DNA of 60,138 nucleotides from an uncultured Opitutia bacterium (lineage in GTDB: Bacteria; Verrucomicrobiota; Verrucomicrobiia; Opitutales; UBA953): assembly GCA_903925205.1 (NCBI GenBank), contig CAIYEN010000181.1, positions 1 to 60,138 on the forward strand, written 5' to 3'. How positions within the stretch are numbered: position 1 is the stretch's first letter; the number at the start of each line of letters is the position of its first letter. Below the pieces are notes generated by a model that was not told the origin of the DNA, ran no database searches, and saw only the letters and a program-made list of their open reading frames with translations. Shown here one piece after another: positions 36,450 to 44,689 of this stretch. Made by a program: the position numbers and the translations under genes.

Positions 36450-37322
36450 ATGCGTATCCTCATCGCCACCTACGCTTGGCTTCTCGCCAACCTCCCGGAA
36501 GCCTTCGCCCGCGCCAACGCCTGGGGCCTCAGCTGGGTCCTCTGGGGCCTGCGCCGCAAGATCATCACGCGGAACCTCGCCGCCAGTTTCCCCGATAAGG
36601 ATGGTGCCTGGGTTCGTCGCATCGGGCGGCTCTCTTGCCGACGCACGGCCGAGATGGGGCTCTATGCCATTGCCTCCCCCCGCCTCAGCGAAGCGGAAGT
36701 CCGGGCGCGTATCCAGATTCACCCTGAGTTACGCGACGGCCCCCACAGCCTGCGCGGGTCCAGTGGCCAAGTTCTCTTCGTCCCGCACTTCTCCTTAATG
36801 GAGATGATGACGGCCGTGAAGTTCCTCGACGCCGATTTAGGCCGCCGGGAGTGGGTCACCCTTTACCGCCCGCTCGACCTCGCCGCGGCCGAGGTCTGGG
36901 TGAAGGCTTCGCGCGAGCGCTTCGGCATGCGACTCGTCTCACGGCGCGAGGGTTTCGGCCAAACGATGCAAGCGGTACGCAGCGGCCAGATTGCCGCCAT
37001 CCTCTTCGACCAAAGCACCCACCTCGGGGCACAGATGGATTTCCTAGGCCGACCGGTGGCAACCACCGACCTGCCAGGCATCATCGCCCAACGCTTCAAG
37101 GCCCCGGCACGCATCTTCTGGGCGGAACGGACGGGCTTCTGGCGCTGCCAGCTTCGCACCCACACCCTCAGGGCCACCGACTCCGTCGGCCTGACCCTTG
37201 AGTCGAACGCTTGGCTCGAAGCCCGCCTTCGCTCGAGCGACGACGCCTGCGCCGATTGGCTCTGGGCGCACGACCGCTGGAAGCACGGGCAAGCCCCAGG
37301 CATCAAGCCACTGCAAGCCTAA
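36450..37322 (+). CDS. Lipid A biosynthesis lauroyl/myristoyl acyltransferase family (LpxL/HtrB-like)
   Basis: N-terminal membrane helix, VPHFSLMEMM (HX4E-type motif), about 290 aa. Confidence 0.8.
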   Translation: MRILIATYAWLLANLPEAFARANAWGLSWVLWGLRRKIITRNLAASFPDKDGAWVRRIGRLSCRRTAEMGLYAIASPRLSEAEVRARIQIHPELRDGPHSLRGSSGQVLFVPHFSLMEMMTAVKFLDADLGRREWVTLYRPLDLAAAEVWVKASRERFGMRLVSRREGFGQTMQAVRSGQIAAILFDQSTHLGAQMDFLGRPVATTDLPGIIAQRFKAPARIFWAERTGFWRCQLRTHTLRATDSVGLTLESNAWLEARLRSSDDACADWLWAHDRWKHGQAPGIKPLQA

Positions 37323-37327
37323 GTGGC

Positions 37328-37897
37328 TTACTGAGCGACGGGCGCTGGGGTGGTCTCCGCCGGACGCTCGGGCTGAGTGCGGCGTTTACCTTCGCCCTCC
37401 TTACCCTGGCTAGTGCCTTTCGACTTAGCCTCCTTCATCAACTCGGGGCCATACTTCTCCATCAGCTTGCGGATATAGGCGAAACGCTCTTCCCGTGAAA
37501 GTTTGAGGAACTTCTCGCGCTCTTCCTTCGCTTGGTCAGCGGGCATCTGCTTGAGGTGATACTCGAGGGCACGCGTGGCGAAACCGTAGCCACTGGCCCC
37601 GCTCCGCTCACGCAATTCCTTAAAGGCCTTACGGCGCTCTTCAGGGCTGGCGTTCTCGAGCTCCGCCAGCTTTTGGGCGAATTCACGGCGATCATCGCCG
37701 GACATGTGTTCGATGTGCTCGATGGCCTCGCGCATCCCGCGAATACGCTCCGGCGTGAGCTCCATGATCTTGCGGATCGTCTGAATTTCTTCCGCGGAAG
37801 GCTCGGGCACGGGCGGACGGCTGGACGGGGGCGTCGGGGTGTCCGCGGCCCAAACGAGCGCACTCAAGCAGACCGGCAGCAGATGGCGTAAACGCAT
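37328..37897 (-). CDS. Secreted Glu/Arg/Lys-rich helical protein, third gene of the ECF module
   Basis: Signal peptide MRLRHLLPVCLSALVWA and repeated ERxxF/EERxK helices. The ATG at 37897 lies 4 nt from the anti-sigma stop. Confidence 0.7.
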   Translation of the reverse strand: MRLRHLLPVCLSALVWAADTPTPPSSRPPVPEPSAEEIQTIRKIMELTPERIRGMREAIEHIEHMSGDDRREFAQKLAELENASPEERRKAFKELRERSGASGYGFATRALEYHLKQMPADQAKEEREKFLKLSREERFAYIRKLMEKYGPELMKEAKSKGTSQGKEGEGKRRTQPERPAETTPAPVAQ

Positions 37898-37901
37898 ATG
37901 C

Positions 37902-38270
37902 TTAGAACTCGGTGGAGGCGAGGGCATCGACCACCGCCGAGGGGTTATCGACCACGGGAGTCAGGATGGTCAAATCATCCGCTACGCCGAGGATGGCGTT
38001 CAGTTTGGCGGACTCGTCGCTCGCGAGGAGCGCGTGGGTCTGCTGGACCAAGACGTCGTCAGACGACGGGCTGGTCAAGACGAAGGCCGCGACGAGGCAA
38101 GCCGCCAGGGTCGAGGCGACCGAGCTCCAGCGGATGACTTTACGGCGAAAACGGTCGGCGTGGACCGCGCCCAAGACGCGCTCCGTGAACCCAGGGACGA
38201 ACGCACGCTGGCCCGGCGCCAAGGCGGCGGCGAGGTCACGGTCGAAGTTACTGTTGGAAGGCTTTTCCAT
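37902..38270 (-). CDS. Putative anti-sigma factor (single-pass membrane protein)
   Basis: 122 aa with a central TM (VASTLAACLVAAFVL), immediately downstream of the ECF sigma gene. Confidence 0.6.
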   Translation of the reverse strand: MEKPSNSNFDRDLAAALAPGQRAFVPGFTERVLGAVHADRFRRKVIRWSSVASTLAACLVAAFVLTSPSSDDVLVQQTHALLASDESAKLNAILGVADDLTILTPVVDNPSAVVDALASTEF

Positions 38271-38319
38271 GGGTCAGTTCAAGGAATGAAACCCCGCCAA
38301 GGGCGGCAGGTTGCAGGGG

Positions 38320-38892
38320 TTAGATTTTTTCATAATAGTCCTTTAAAAGTTCTCGTAAACGGGTGCGGGCCCGATGAATCCACGTTTTCACCGAGGAAAC
38401 CGGGGCATCCATGGCCAAAGCGATGTCCTCATAAGGCAGGTCCTGTTGCACCAGCAAGAGGATGGCCGTCCGTTGCTCGGGGGGGAGTTGGGAGACGGCC
38501 CGCTGAAAGGATTCCTCGAGCTCGACCACCTTGCGGGCGGACTCGTGGCTGGCATCCCCTGGCTCGGGGGCGGACTCCAAGGTACTGGTTGGCTTGCGGG
38601 ACTTACGGCGCCACTCGTTCAGGACGAGGTTATGGGCGATGTGGATCAGGTAAGTGCTGAGTTTAGCCTCGGGCCGCCACCGGGCCGCCGCCCGGTGAAG
38701 CCGGACAAAGACTTCCATCGCCAACTCCTCCGCCGTCGTCTGGGAGCCCACTTCGGCCCGCAGATAGCCGACCAGCCGAGGATGGTGACGGTCGACCAGT
38801 TTGCGTAAAGCTGCGTCATCGCCCAACGCGACGAGCGACATGAGCCGCTTGTCCTCCTCGTCCTCAGGTAGCGCTGGGTTCTCCGCAGGCAT
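38320..38892 (-). CDS. ECF-type RNA polymerase sigma-70 family factor
   Basis: Region 2 (AEELAMEVFVRLHRAA...YLIHIAHNLVLNEWRR) and region 4 (LPPEQRTAILLLVQQDLPYEDIALAMDAPVSSVKTWIHRAR). Confidence 0.9.
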   Translation of the reverse strand: MPAENPALPEDEEDKRLMSLVALGDDAALRKLVDRHHPRLVGYLRAEVGSQTTAEELAMEVFVRLHRAAARWRPEAKLSTYLIHIAHNLVLNEWRRKSRKPTSTLESAPEPGDASHESARKVVELEESFQRAVSQLPPEQRTAILLLVQQDLPYEDIALAMDAPVSSVKTWIHRARTRLRELLKDYYEKI

Positions 38893-38946
38893 CTACGAAT
38901 TTAAACCGCCCAAAGGCAGGAAAGTTAAGGAAACGAGAGCCAAAAC

Positions 38947-39783
38947 TTATTTCTTCGCTTCCACGGGCTTGGCGGCCGGCACCACGGCCGGCTTGGCCTT
39001 GGCTTGCTCGATGGATTTCACGACCTCGGCGGCCGGCAGGACAACCGGAGACATCGAGATGCCCCCATTATCGCCGGCGCTGCCAAAACGGGTCGTGATG
39101 AAACCAGCGAAATTGCCCGAATTGCCGAAGACCGGCAGGCCCGTCGTGCTGATATGGATGGAATAATAAGCCCGGGGCTTCTCCAGGACAGCGCGGACGG
39201 CGTCGCACTCGATGCAAGCGGTGCGCCCCATGGCCTTATCGAGACGCGAGAGGACGACAACTTCGTCCAAGACGCCAAGCTTTTGGGTCGCGGAGAGCAC
39301 AATCGGGATAAACTTGGCATCCTTCGCCTCCTCCGCACCAGCCTCCGGGCGGAGATAGGCTAGGTTAAGGTCGCGGTCTTTAAAGACGACGACGGCCGGG
39401 ATCTCCGAACCGTCGGGCATAATGAAGCGGGCTTCCTTAACCTCACTCGTGACGGAGAGCTTCACCTGGCTCCCGCGCATATTCACCATACGGCCATCCG
39501 CGGCGGTCGCGGGGTCGATGGCCGAAGCCGCGACGACGACGAGTCCATCGGCGGTGACAATCGTCCCGAACTCTTCGACCGTCTGGTCGCGGCTCTGCGA
39601 TGGGCTATCGCCCGCCGACATGGTCAAGGCGACGGTGGCCCGGACGGTGATGACGGAGTCGGCGTGCGCCTTAAAGAGTCGACGCGCAGTCTCCTCAATC
39701 TTCGGCGCCGAATCGGCGGCCGCCGCAGGAGAGAAAGAGCCGAGGGCGAGGAGAGCCACCAAGGGGAGGGGGAGGAAACGCAT
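38947..39783 (-). CDS. Secreted trypsin-fold (HtrA-like) protein lacking the canonical catalytic His; no PDZ domain
   Basis: GTIVTADGLVVVAASAI aligns with GAIIDAEGHVVTNYHVA of the neighbouring HtrA (His replaced by Ser). DLNLAYL (Asp) and GNSGNF (Ser) are retained. Confidence 0.75.
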   Translation of the reverse strand: MRFLPLPLVALLALGSFSPAAAADSAPKIEETARRLFKAHADSVITVRATVALTMSAGDSPSQSRDQTVEEFGTIVTADGLVVVAASAIDPATAADGRMVNMRGSQVKLSVTSEVKEARFIMPDGSEIPAVVVFKDRDLNLAYLRPEAGAEEAKDAKFIPIVLSATQKLGVLDEVVVLSRLDKAMGRTACIECDAVRAVLEKPRAYYSIHISTTGLPVFGNSGNFAGFITTRFGSAGDNGGISMSPVVLPAAEVVKSIEQAKAKPAVVPAAKPVEAKK

Positions 39784-39789
39784 GGGTAT

Positions 39790-41823
39790 TTATTTGGTAG
39801 ATTCGAAGGCCGACCAATCGGGCTCAAACTCGAGGTACGCACCCGAGATGGAGCGGCGGACCTGGAAGACGACGTGGCGGGGCTTAGTGGCGGCGAGTTG
39901 GGTCAAGGCCGCCCGCAGGGTAAGGTTGTCGGTCACGGCCGTGCCGTTGATCGTGTAGACGATATCACCCGCCCGGAGCCCCGAGAGGTCCGCCCAACCC
40001 GAACGTTCGACCTTGGTGACAATCACGCCTTGGGTCTCGGTCGCGACCTTCCGCTGCACTTTATCATCATAGCCGAGTTGGCGGGCCGAGAAGCCGAAAC
40101 GGACGTCCTTCACCGTCGGGAGCTCCGAGGGTGGTGCCGGCAGTTCGGCTAAGTGTAACGTGACCGCCAGCGCCTGACCGTCGCGCAGCACGTCAAGGGC
40201 GACATCCGTGCCGACTGGGTATTCGCGGAGCAAGGCGGCAAAGACTTCCGCGTCCTCGGGACGGCGGGCAGGGATAACCTTGCCATCGAGTTTGACCAAG
40301 AGGTCACCAACCTTGAGGCCAGCCTTCTCGGCATTGGAATTCGGCAAGACCTGCGTGATGCGGACGCCGGCCTTCCCCTTGAGGTTGAGGGCCTTGGCAA
40401 TTTCAGCGGTGAGTACTTGGGTAGAGACGCCCGCCCAGGGCTTTGGGGCGCGCGGGGCGATGGCAGGATCGACTTCGGGGCCGACGCGGACCACAGAGAG
40501 CATCTGCGAACTGCCGCGGGCAAACCCCACGAGCACCGGCTCGGGTTCGGTTTTATCCTTCAGGAGTTCACGTGAGACCTGTCGCAGGGCCGCCGCATTG
40601 GCCACGGGCTGGCCACCGACGGACAAAATAATATCCCCATCCATCAGCCCGGGCTTGGCTTCGGCCGCTGGACCACCGGGGCGCAAGGAATCCACCAGAA
40701 CCCCTTGGGTATCGGGACGCTTGGCATAGAGCGCGCTCATGCGGGTGAGGTTACGGACGGTGAGCCCCCAAGAGGTGAGTTCGAGTTCACGCGCTTCGTT
40801 CGCTTCGCGCTCGATGGGCTGCACGTTCAGCGTCAGCACTTGGCCGCCACGGCGGACCACGAAAGGAACTGTGACACCGGGACGGAGCCCCGAAACGATG
40901 CGGTGATAGGCGGGCATCAACTCATCGCAGTCGGCCGAAACTTCCTGCCCCGCCACCGAAGTGATGATGTCCCCTTGCCGGAAGCCTGCGGTCGCAGCGG
41001 GCGAACCTTCCAAGGCGCCACGGACGAGTACGCCCCGGACATCTTGCACGGAGAGGGAGCGTAAGAGGGGTTGCACTTCAGCACCCGTCCAACCGCGAAT
41101 AATCCGGCCTTGCTTGATCAGCTCGGCCGCGACGGCTTTGGCGGTGTTAGCCGGAATGGCCCCACCGAGGCTACCGACGCCAATTTCATTGATGCCAGCG
41201 ATCCGGCCATCGGTGTCGACGAGCGGTCCGCCCGAATTGCCCCCGAAGATGACCGCATCATGGCCGAACCAGCGGACGAGTTCCCCGACGGATTCACCAT
41301 CCAGATTCATCCCGCCGACGAAACGCGTCATCACCATCGCATCGTTCGCGATAATCCCAAGCGTGACGGATTGCGTCAGGCCCGCCGGGCAACCCATCGA
41401 GAGGACCGTATCGCCCACGCGGACCCGATCGGAATCCGCAAACTCTGCAATGGGCAAGGGGGTCTTCGCCCGACGCCGACTCAGGTCTAACTTGATCACG
41501 GCGACATCGGTCATGGCATCGGCGCCAACCAACGTCGCAGGCAATTCTTCGCGATCGGCCAAGCGGCAGAGGAACGTGGCCCCGCGGCCAGCCACGTGGT
41601 AATTAGTCACCACGTGACCCTCGGCATCGATAATAGCCCCCGAGCCGACCGAGTGTTGACGGAGCATCCGACCATCCGCGCCGTCCTCGGAGATGACCTC
41701 GATACGGACAATCGTCGGCGTCATCTTCGCAATGGCGCGCTCGACCTCAGGCCGACGGCGCTGGGCATCGTCCGGACCGGCGAGGAGAGCCGCGGAACAG
41801 AACAACAGGGCAAGGAAACGCAT
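39790..41823 (-). CDS. HtrA/DegP-family serine protease with four PDZ-like domains
   Basis: TNYHV, DVAVIKL and GGNSGGPLV triad motifs. Four G-x-x-V-x-x-V...GD(I/L)(I/L)/V...G segments typical of PDZ follow. ATG at 41823 (the ORF opens at 42081). Confidence 0.9.
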   Translation of the reverse strand: MRFLALLFCSAALLAGPDDAQRRRPEVERAIAKMTPTIVRIEVISEDGADGRMLRQHSVGSGAIIDAEGHVVTNYHVAGRGATFLCRLADREELPATLVGADAMTDVAVIKLDLSRRRAKTPLPIAEFADSDRVRVGDTVLSMGCPAGLTQSVTLGIIANDAMVMTRFVGGMNLDGESVGELVRWFGHDAVIFGGNSGGPLVDTDGRIAGINEIGVGSLGGAIPANTAKAVAAELIKQGRIIRGWTGAEVQPLLRSLSVQDVRGVLVRGALEGSPAATAGFRQGDIITSVAGQEVSADCDELMPAYHRIVSGLRPGVTVPFVVRRGGQVLTLNVQPIEREANEARELELTSWGLTVRNLTRMSALYAKRPDTQGVLVDSLRPGGPAAEAKPGLMDGDIILSVGGQPVANAAALRQVSRELLKDKTEPEPVLVGFARGSSQMLSVVRVGPEVDPAIAPRAPKPWAGVSTQVLTAEIAKALNLKGKAGVRITQVLPNSNAEKAGLKVGDLLVKLDGKVIPARRPEDAEVFAALLREYPVGTDVALDVLRDGQALAVTLHLAELPAPPSELPTVKDVRFGFSARQLGYDDKVQRKVATETQGVIVTKVERSGWADLSGLRAGDIVYTINGTAVTDNLTLRAALTQLAATKPRHVVFQVRRSISGAYLEFEPDWSAFESTK

Positions 41824-41824
41824 G

Positions 41825-42763
41825 TCAGGAAGTGGGGGGAAGTGGCCGCGCGGCAAAGACGCGCAAGGTGCGCAGGAAGAAGCCCTCGAGCGCGGAGATA
41901 ATGTGGTAATTGAGTTCGAGCCGAATCCGCGCCTGCTCGAGTAAATCGACCGCTTCAGCCACCTGCAGGCCGCACGCGGGATGGGCCCGGCCCACCAGGC
42001 GGAGGCGTTCTTCCAAGGCCGCGAGCATGCGAGTACGGATGCCACGGCGAATCGACTCCTCGTAAGCGATTTCTGCATCATCCTCGTCTTGGTCCGTCGG
42101 CGGAGGCGGTGGCGCCACTTTTAAGGCTTCCTCGACGAAGAGTTCCAGGAGGACCTCGAAGCGGGCGCACAAAGCATAGAGTGGAATCACGACCTCGGTC
42201 GAACGTCCCGTGGACGTACCCGCACCCGCGAGACGCCCCATCAGCTTATCGAACTCACGTAACCAATCCGCCCAAGCGGCGTCGGTCAATTCGGGCGTCG
42301 CCCCGCCCACATGGAAGCGGAGGCACCGACTCAGGATGGTGGGTAAGACGCGGTAGTAGTTGGTCGTCTGCAGGATGATCAACGTCCCGGCCGGGGGCTC
42401 TTCGAGTGTCTTCAGAAAAGCGTTCGCCGCAACCGACTCGAAGCGGTCGGGCTCGTGCACGATGACCACGCGACGCGCGGAGACGGAAGTCAGGCGCAGG
42501 TCCGTGACGACCTCCAACGTGTTCTCGACGTTGATGCGGCGCGATTTCTTGGCTGGACGCAGCACGCGACAATCCGCGTGCGCAATCGGGTCGACCACCT
42601 CGAGGTGGATGGCGGCGAGCCGGTCCGCGACCTGCTGGAGCAATTCCGGGTTCGGGCCCGTCAGCAGAACCGCATGCGGCATGCGACCTTCGGCGCGGGC
42701 ACGCAGCAGGACCTTGAGCGCCGGCAGCGACTCGAGGTCAGAGGAAACGGCGGCTGACTTCAT
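41825..42763 (-). CDS. holB: DNA polymerase III subunit delta'
   Basis: GRMPHAVLLTGP, TLEEPP and LSRC motifs, downstream of tmk. The start is uncertain; ATG 42763 overlaps tmk by 26 nt. Confidence 0.8.
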   Translation of the reverse strand: MKSAAVSSDLESLPALKVLLRARAEGRMPHAVLLTGPNPELLQQVADRLAAIHLEVVDPIAHADCRVLRPAKKSRRINVENTLEVVTDLRLTSVSARRVVIVHEPDRFESVAANAFLKTLEEPPAGTLIILQTTNYYRVLPTILSRCLRFHVGGATPELTDAAWADWLREFDKLMGRLAGAGTSTGRSTEVVIPLYALCARFEVLLELFVEEALKVAPPPPPTDQDEDDAEIAYEESIRRGIRTRMLAALEERLRLVGRAHPACGLQVAEAVDLLEQARIRLELNYHIISALEGFFLRTLRVFAARPLPPTS

Positions 42764-43370
42764 GCCAGATCTCCTCGGAAAGGGTTTGGGGATCGCGAGT
42801 CGCGTCGAGGACAAGGAAGCGCTGGGGTTCGGCCGCCGCAAGTTCGTGGTAGACGGTCCGCACCTGGCGGTGAAAACCTTCGCCCAACACCTCGAAGCGG
42901 TCGTGCTGACCATGGTCGCGAACGGAAGCGCGGCTCAAGCCATGCGAAGGGTCGAGGTCGAGCAGGACGGTCAGGTCGGGGTACACGGTGCCGCAGGCGA
43001 GGCGGTTCGCCGCCGCAATGAGCGCGCGATCCAGACCACGACCGCCAGACTGATAGGCTACGGTGGAATCGATGAAACGGTCGCAGAGCACAAAGGTCCC
43101 TTGGGCGAGTTGGGGCCGGATGACCTCGCCGACGAGCTGGGCGCGACAGGCGGCGAAGAGGAGCGCCTCAGCGGAGACTTCTAGCCCCAAGGTCGTGCGA
43201 CTCTTCAGCACGTCGCGCAGCTGTTCGCCGAGGGCGGTGCCACCGGGCTCGCGCAGTTTCAGAGCCCGCCGGCCATGCGCTTCCAAGCGAGCGGCCAGGA
43301 GGCCAACTTGGGTGGACTTCCCGGCGCCTTCGCCTCCTTCGAACGTGATGAACTTACCGCCAGACGACAT
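42738..43370 (-). CDS. tmk: Thymidylate kinase
   Basis: FITFEGGEGAGKSTQ P-loop and a DRF/YQ motif (CDRFIDSTVAYQ). Confidence 0.93.
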   Translation of the reverse strand: MSSGGKFITFEGGEGAGKSTQVGLLAARLEAHGRRALKLREPGGTALGEQLRDVLKSRTTLGLEVSAEALLFAACRAQLVGEVIRPQLAQGTFVLCDRFIDSTVAYQSGGRGLDRALIAAANRLACGTVYPDLTVLLDLDPSHGLSRASVRDHGQHDRFEVLGEGFHRQVRTVYHELAAAEPQRFLVLDATRDPQTLSEEIWHEVSRRFL

Positions 43371-43432
43371 GCCAAGAATTGTTACGGTTCACGCGGGTCA
43401 AAGCGAGAGGAGAAAGCGATGAAGACCGCCCA

Positions 43433-43460
43433 TAAAAAAGGCCCGACGTTGTCGGGCCTT
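43433..43460 (-). terminator. Rho-independent terminator after the FecR-domain gene
   Basis: AGGCCCGAC-aac-GTCGGGCCT followed by TTTTTTAT on the minus strand. Confidence 0.55.
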
Positions 43461-43483
43461 TAAAACGTGGGCGCAGGCCCAGC

Positions 43484-44566
43484 TTACATCGTTGGCGACG
43501 GATTCGGCTGCTGCTGCTTTTCGACGACCTGCTGAACGGTGTCCGTAATCTTGCTGATCGTCGCGTCGAGGGCGTTACCGCCACCGGTGGAAGTGGAAGC
43601 CGGAGCGGACGGAGGCGTGGTCGCCTTCGGGGTGGTCGGCGTACCGTCTGCATTCGTGGCAACGGGGTCCGAAGAGGTGGTCTTCGGGGTGCTCACGGTC
43701 ACGGGCGTAATCTGGTCTGCGGTCGGGGCCAGCTGAGCCTGAGCTTCGACGCCCTGGGAGATTGCCGCCGGCAAGGAAGTCGAGGCAGCGATGGTCGCAC
43801 CGACGGCGCTGATCGTGGCCTTATCCATGTCGGCCATCGAGATGGCGACGGAACCAGCAGGGGCGGCGTCAGGAGTACCAGGCTGCGTCGTCGTGCCGGG
43901 CTGGGTGGTCGTGCCAGGAGCAGGGGCTTCGCCCGGAGCGGCGGTGGATTGGGCCGGAGCGGTGGCACTGATCTGCTTGCCGGGTTCAACGGAGACAGGA
44001 CCGGAGTTGGCGGCGTAGACGGTGGCTTCGACCGAACCCTTGACGCAACCGACAACGAGTTTACCAGCGTTGGCACCGACGGTGGAATACTGGACCGTGT
44101 AAATGGTGCCACGGATACGCGCAACGCCTACGGGCGTCTTGATGACGTAGGAGGACTGGGGGTTAAGTTTGCGGACTTCACCGATGACCTTGCCGCGCGT
44201 GACGACGATTTCGGTCACGGACGGGCTCGGTTCCTTATCGAGCTTCTGGTATTCGCCATCGACGATGAGCTCTGAAACAACTTGGCGGAAAGTGCGCACT
44301 TCCACCAGCGAATCCGGATTCACGATGAGGGTGGAGCCGTTGGAGAGAATCAACTCAGCCGTCGATGAAGCCGAAGTCTCGACGCGGTAGCCTTGCTCGA
44401 AGACGCGGCCCGAAGCCAAGACGGTCTGCTTGGAAGCGGGATCGAAGAGCGTTGCGGTGCCTTTCACCATGCCGACTTGGACCTTGCCATTCTGAAGGGC
44501 GGCGGAGGCAACAGCCGGGAGGAGCGCGAGGAGCGCGAGCGAAAGGCTACGGAATAGGGTATTCAT
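43484..44566 (-). CDS. Secreted FecR-domain protein with a Thr/Pro/Ala-rich C-terminal half
   Basis: Signal peptide, then a FecR-like beta segment (ASSTAELILSNGSTLIVNPDS...IKTPVGVARIRGTIYTV), then low complexity including PGTTTQPGTTTQPGT. Confidence 0.75.
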   Translation of the reverse strand: MNTLFRSLSLALLALLPAVASAALQNGKVQVGMVKGTATLFDPASKQTVLASGRVFEQGYRVETSASSTAELILSNGSTLIVNPDSLVEVRTFRQVVSELIVDGEYQKLDKEPSPSVTEIVVTRGKVIGEVRKLNPQSSYVIKTPVGVARIRGTIYTVQYSTVGANAGKLVVGCVKGSVEATVYAANSGPVSVEPGKQISATAPAQSTAAPGEAPAPGTTTQPGTTTQPGTPDAAPAGSVAISMADMDKATISAVGATIAASTSLPAAISQGVEAQAQLAPTADQITPVTVSTPKTTSSDPVATNADGTPTTPKATTPPSAPASTSTGGGNALDATISKITDTVQQVVEKQQQPNPSPTM

Positions 44567-44632
44567 TGCAGGGGGCTTGAGGAGAAAACTCTAGAGACGT
44601 CCCCCTCCTGTGCAATCCGTAAGAACGTACAG

Positions 44633-44663
44633 TAAAAAGGCCTCCCCGGTAACGGGGAGGCCT
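44633..44663 (-). terminator. Rho-independent terminator after pfk
   Basis: AGGCCTCCCCG-ttac-CGGGGAGGCCT followed by TTTTTACT on the minus strand. Confidence 0.6.
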
Positions 44664-44689
44664 TGCTGGACCCAGAAAGACGGGCGGGC

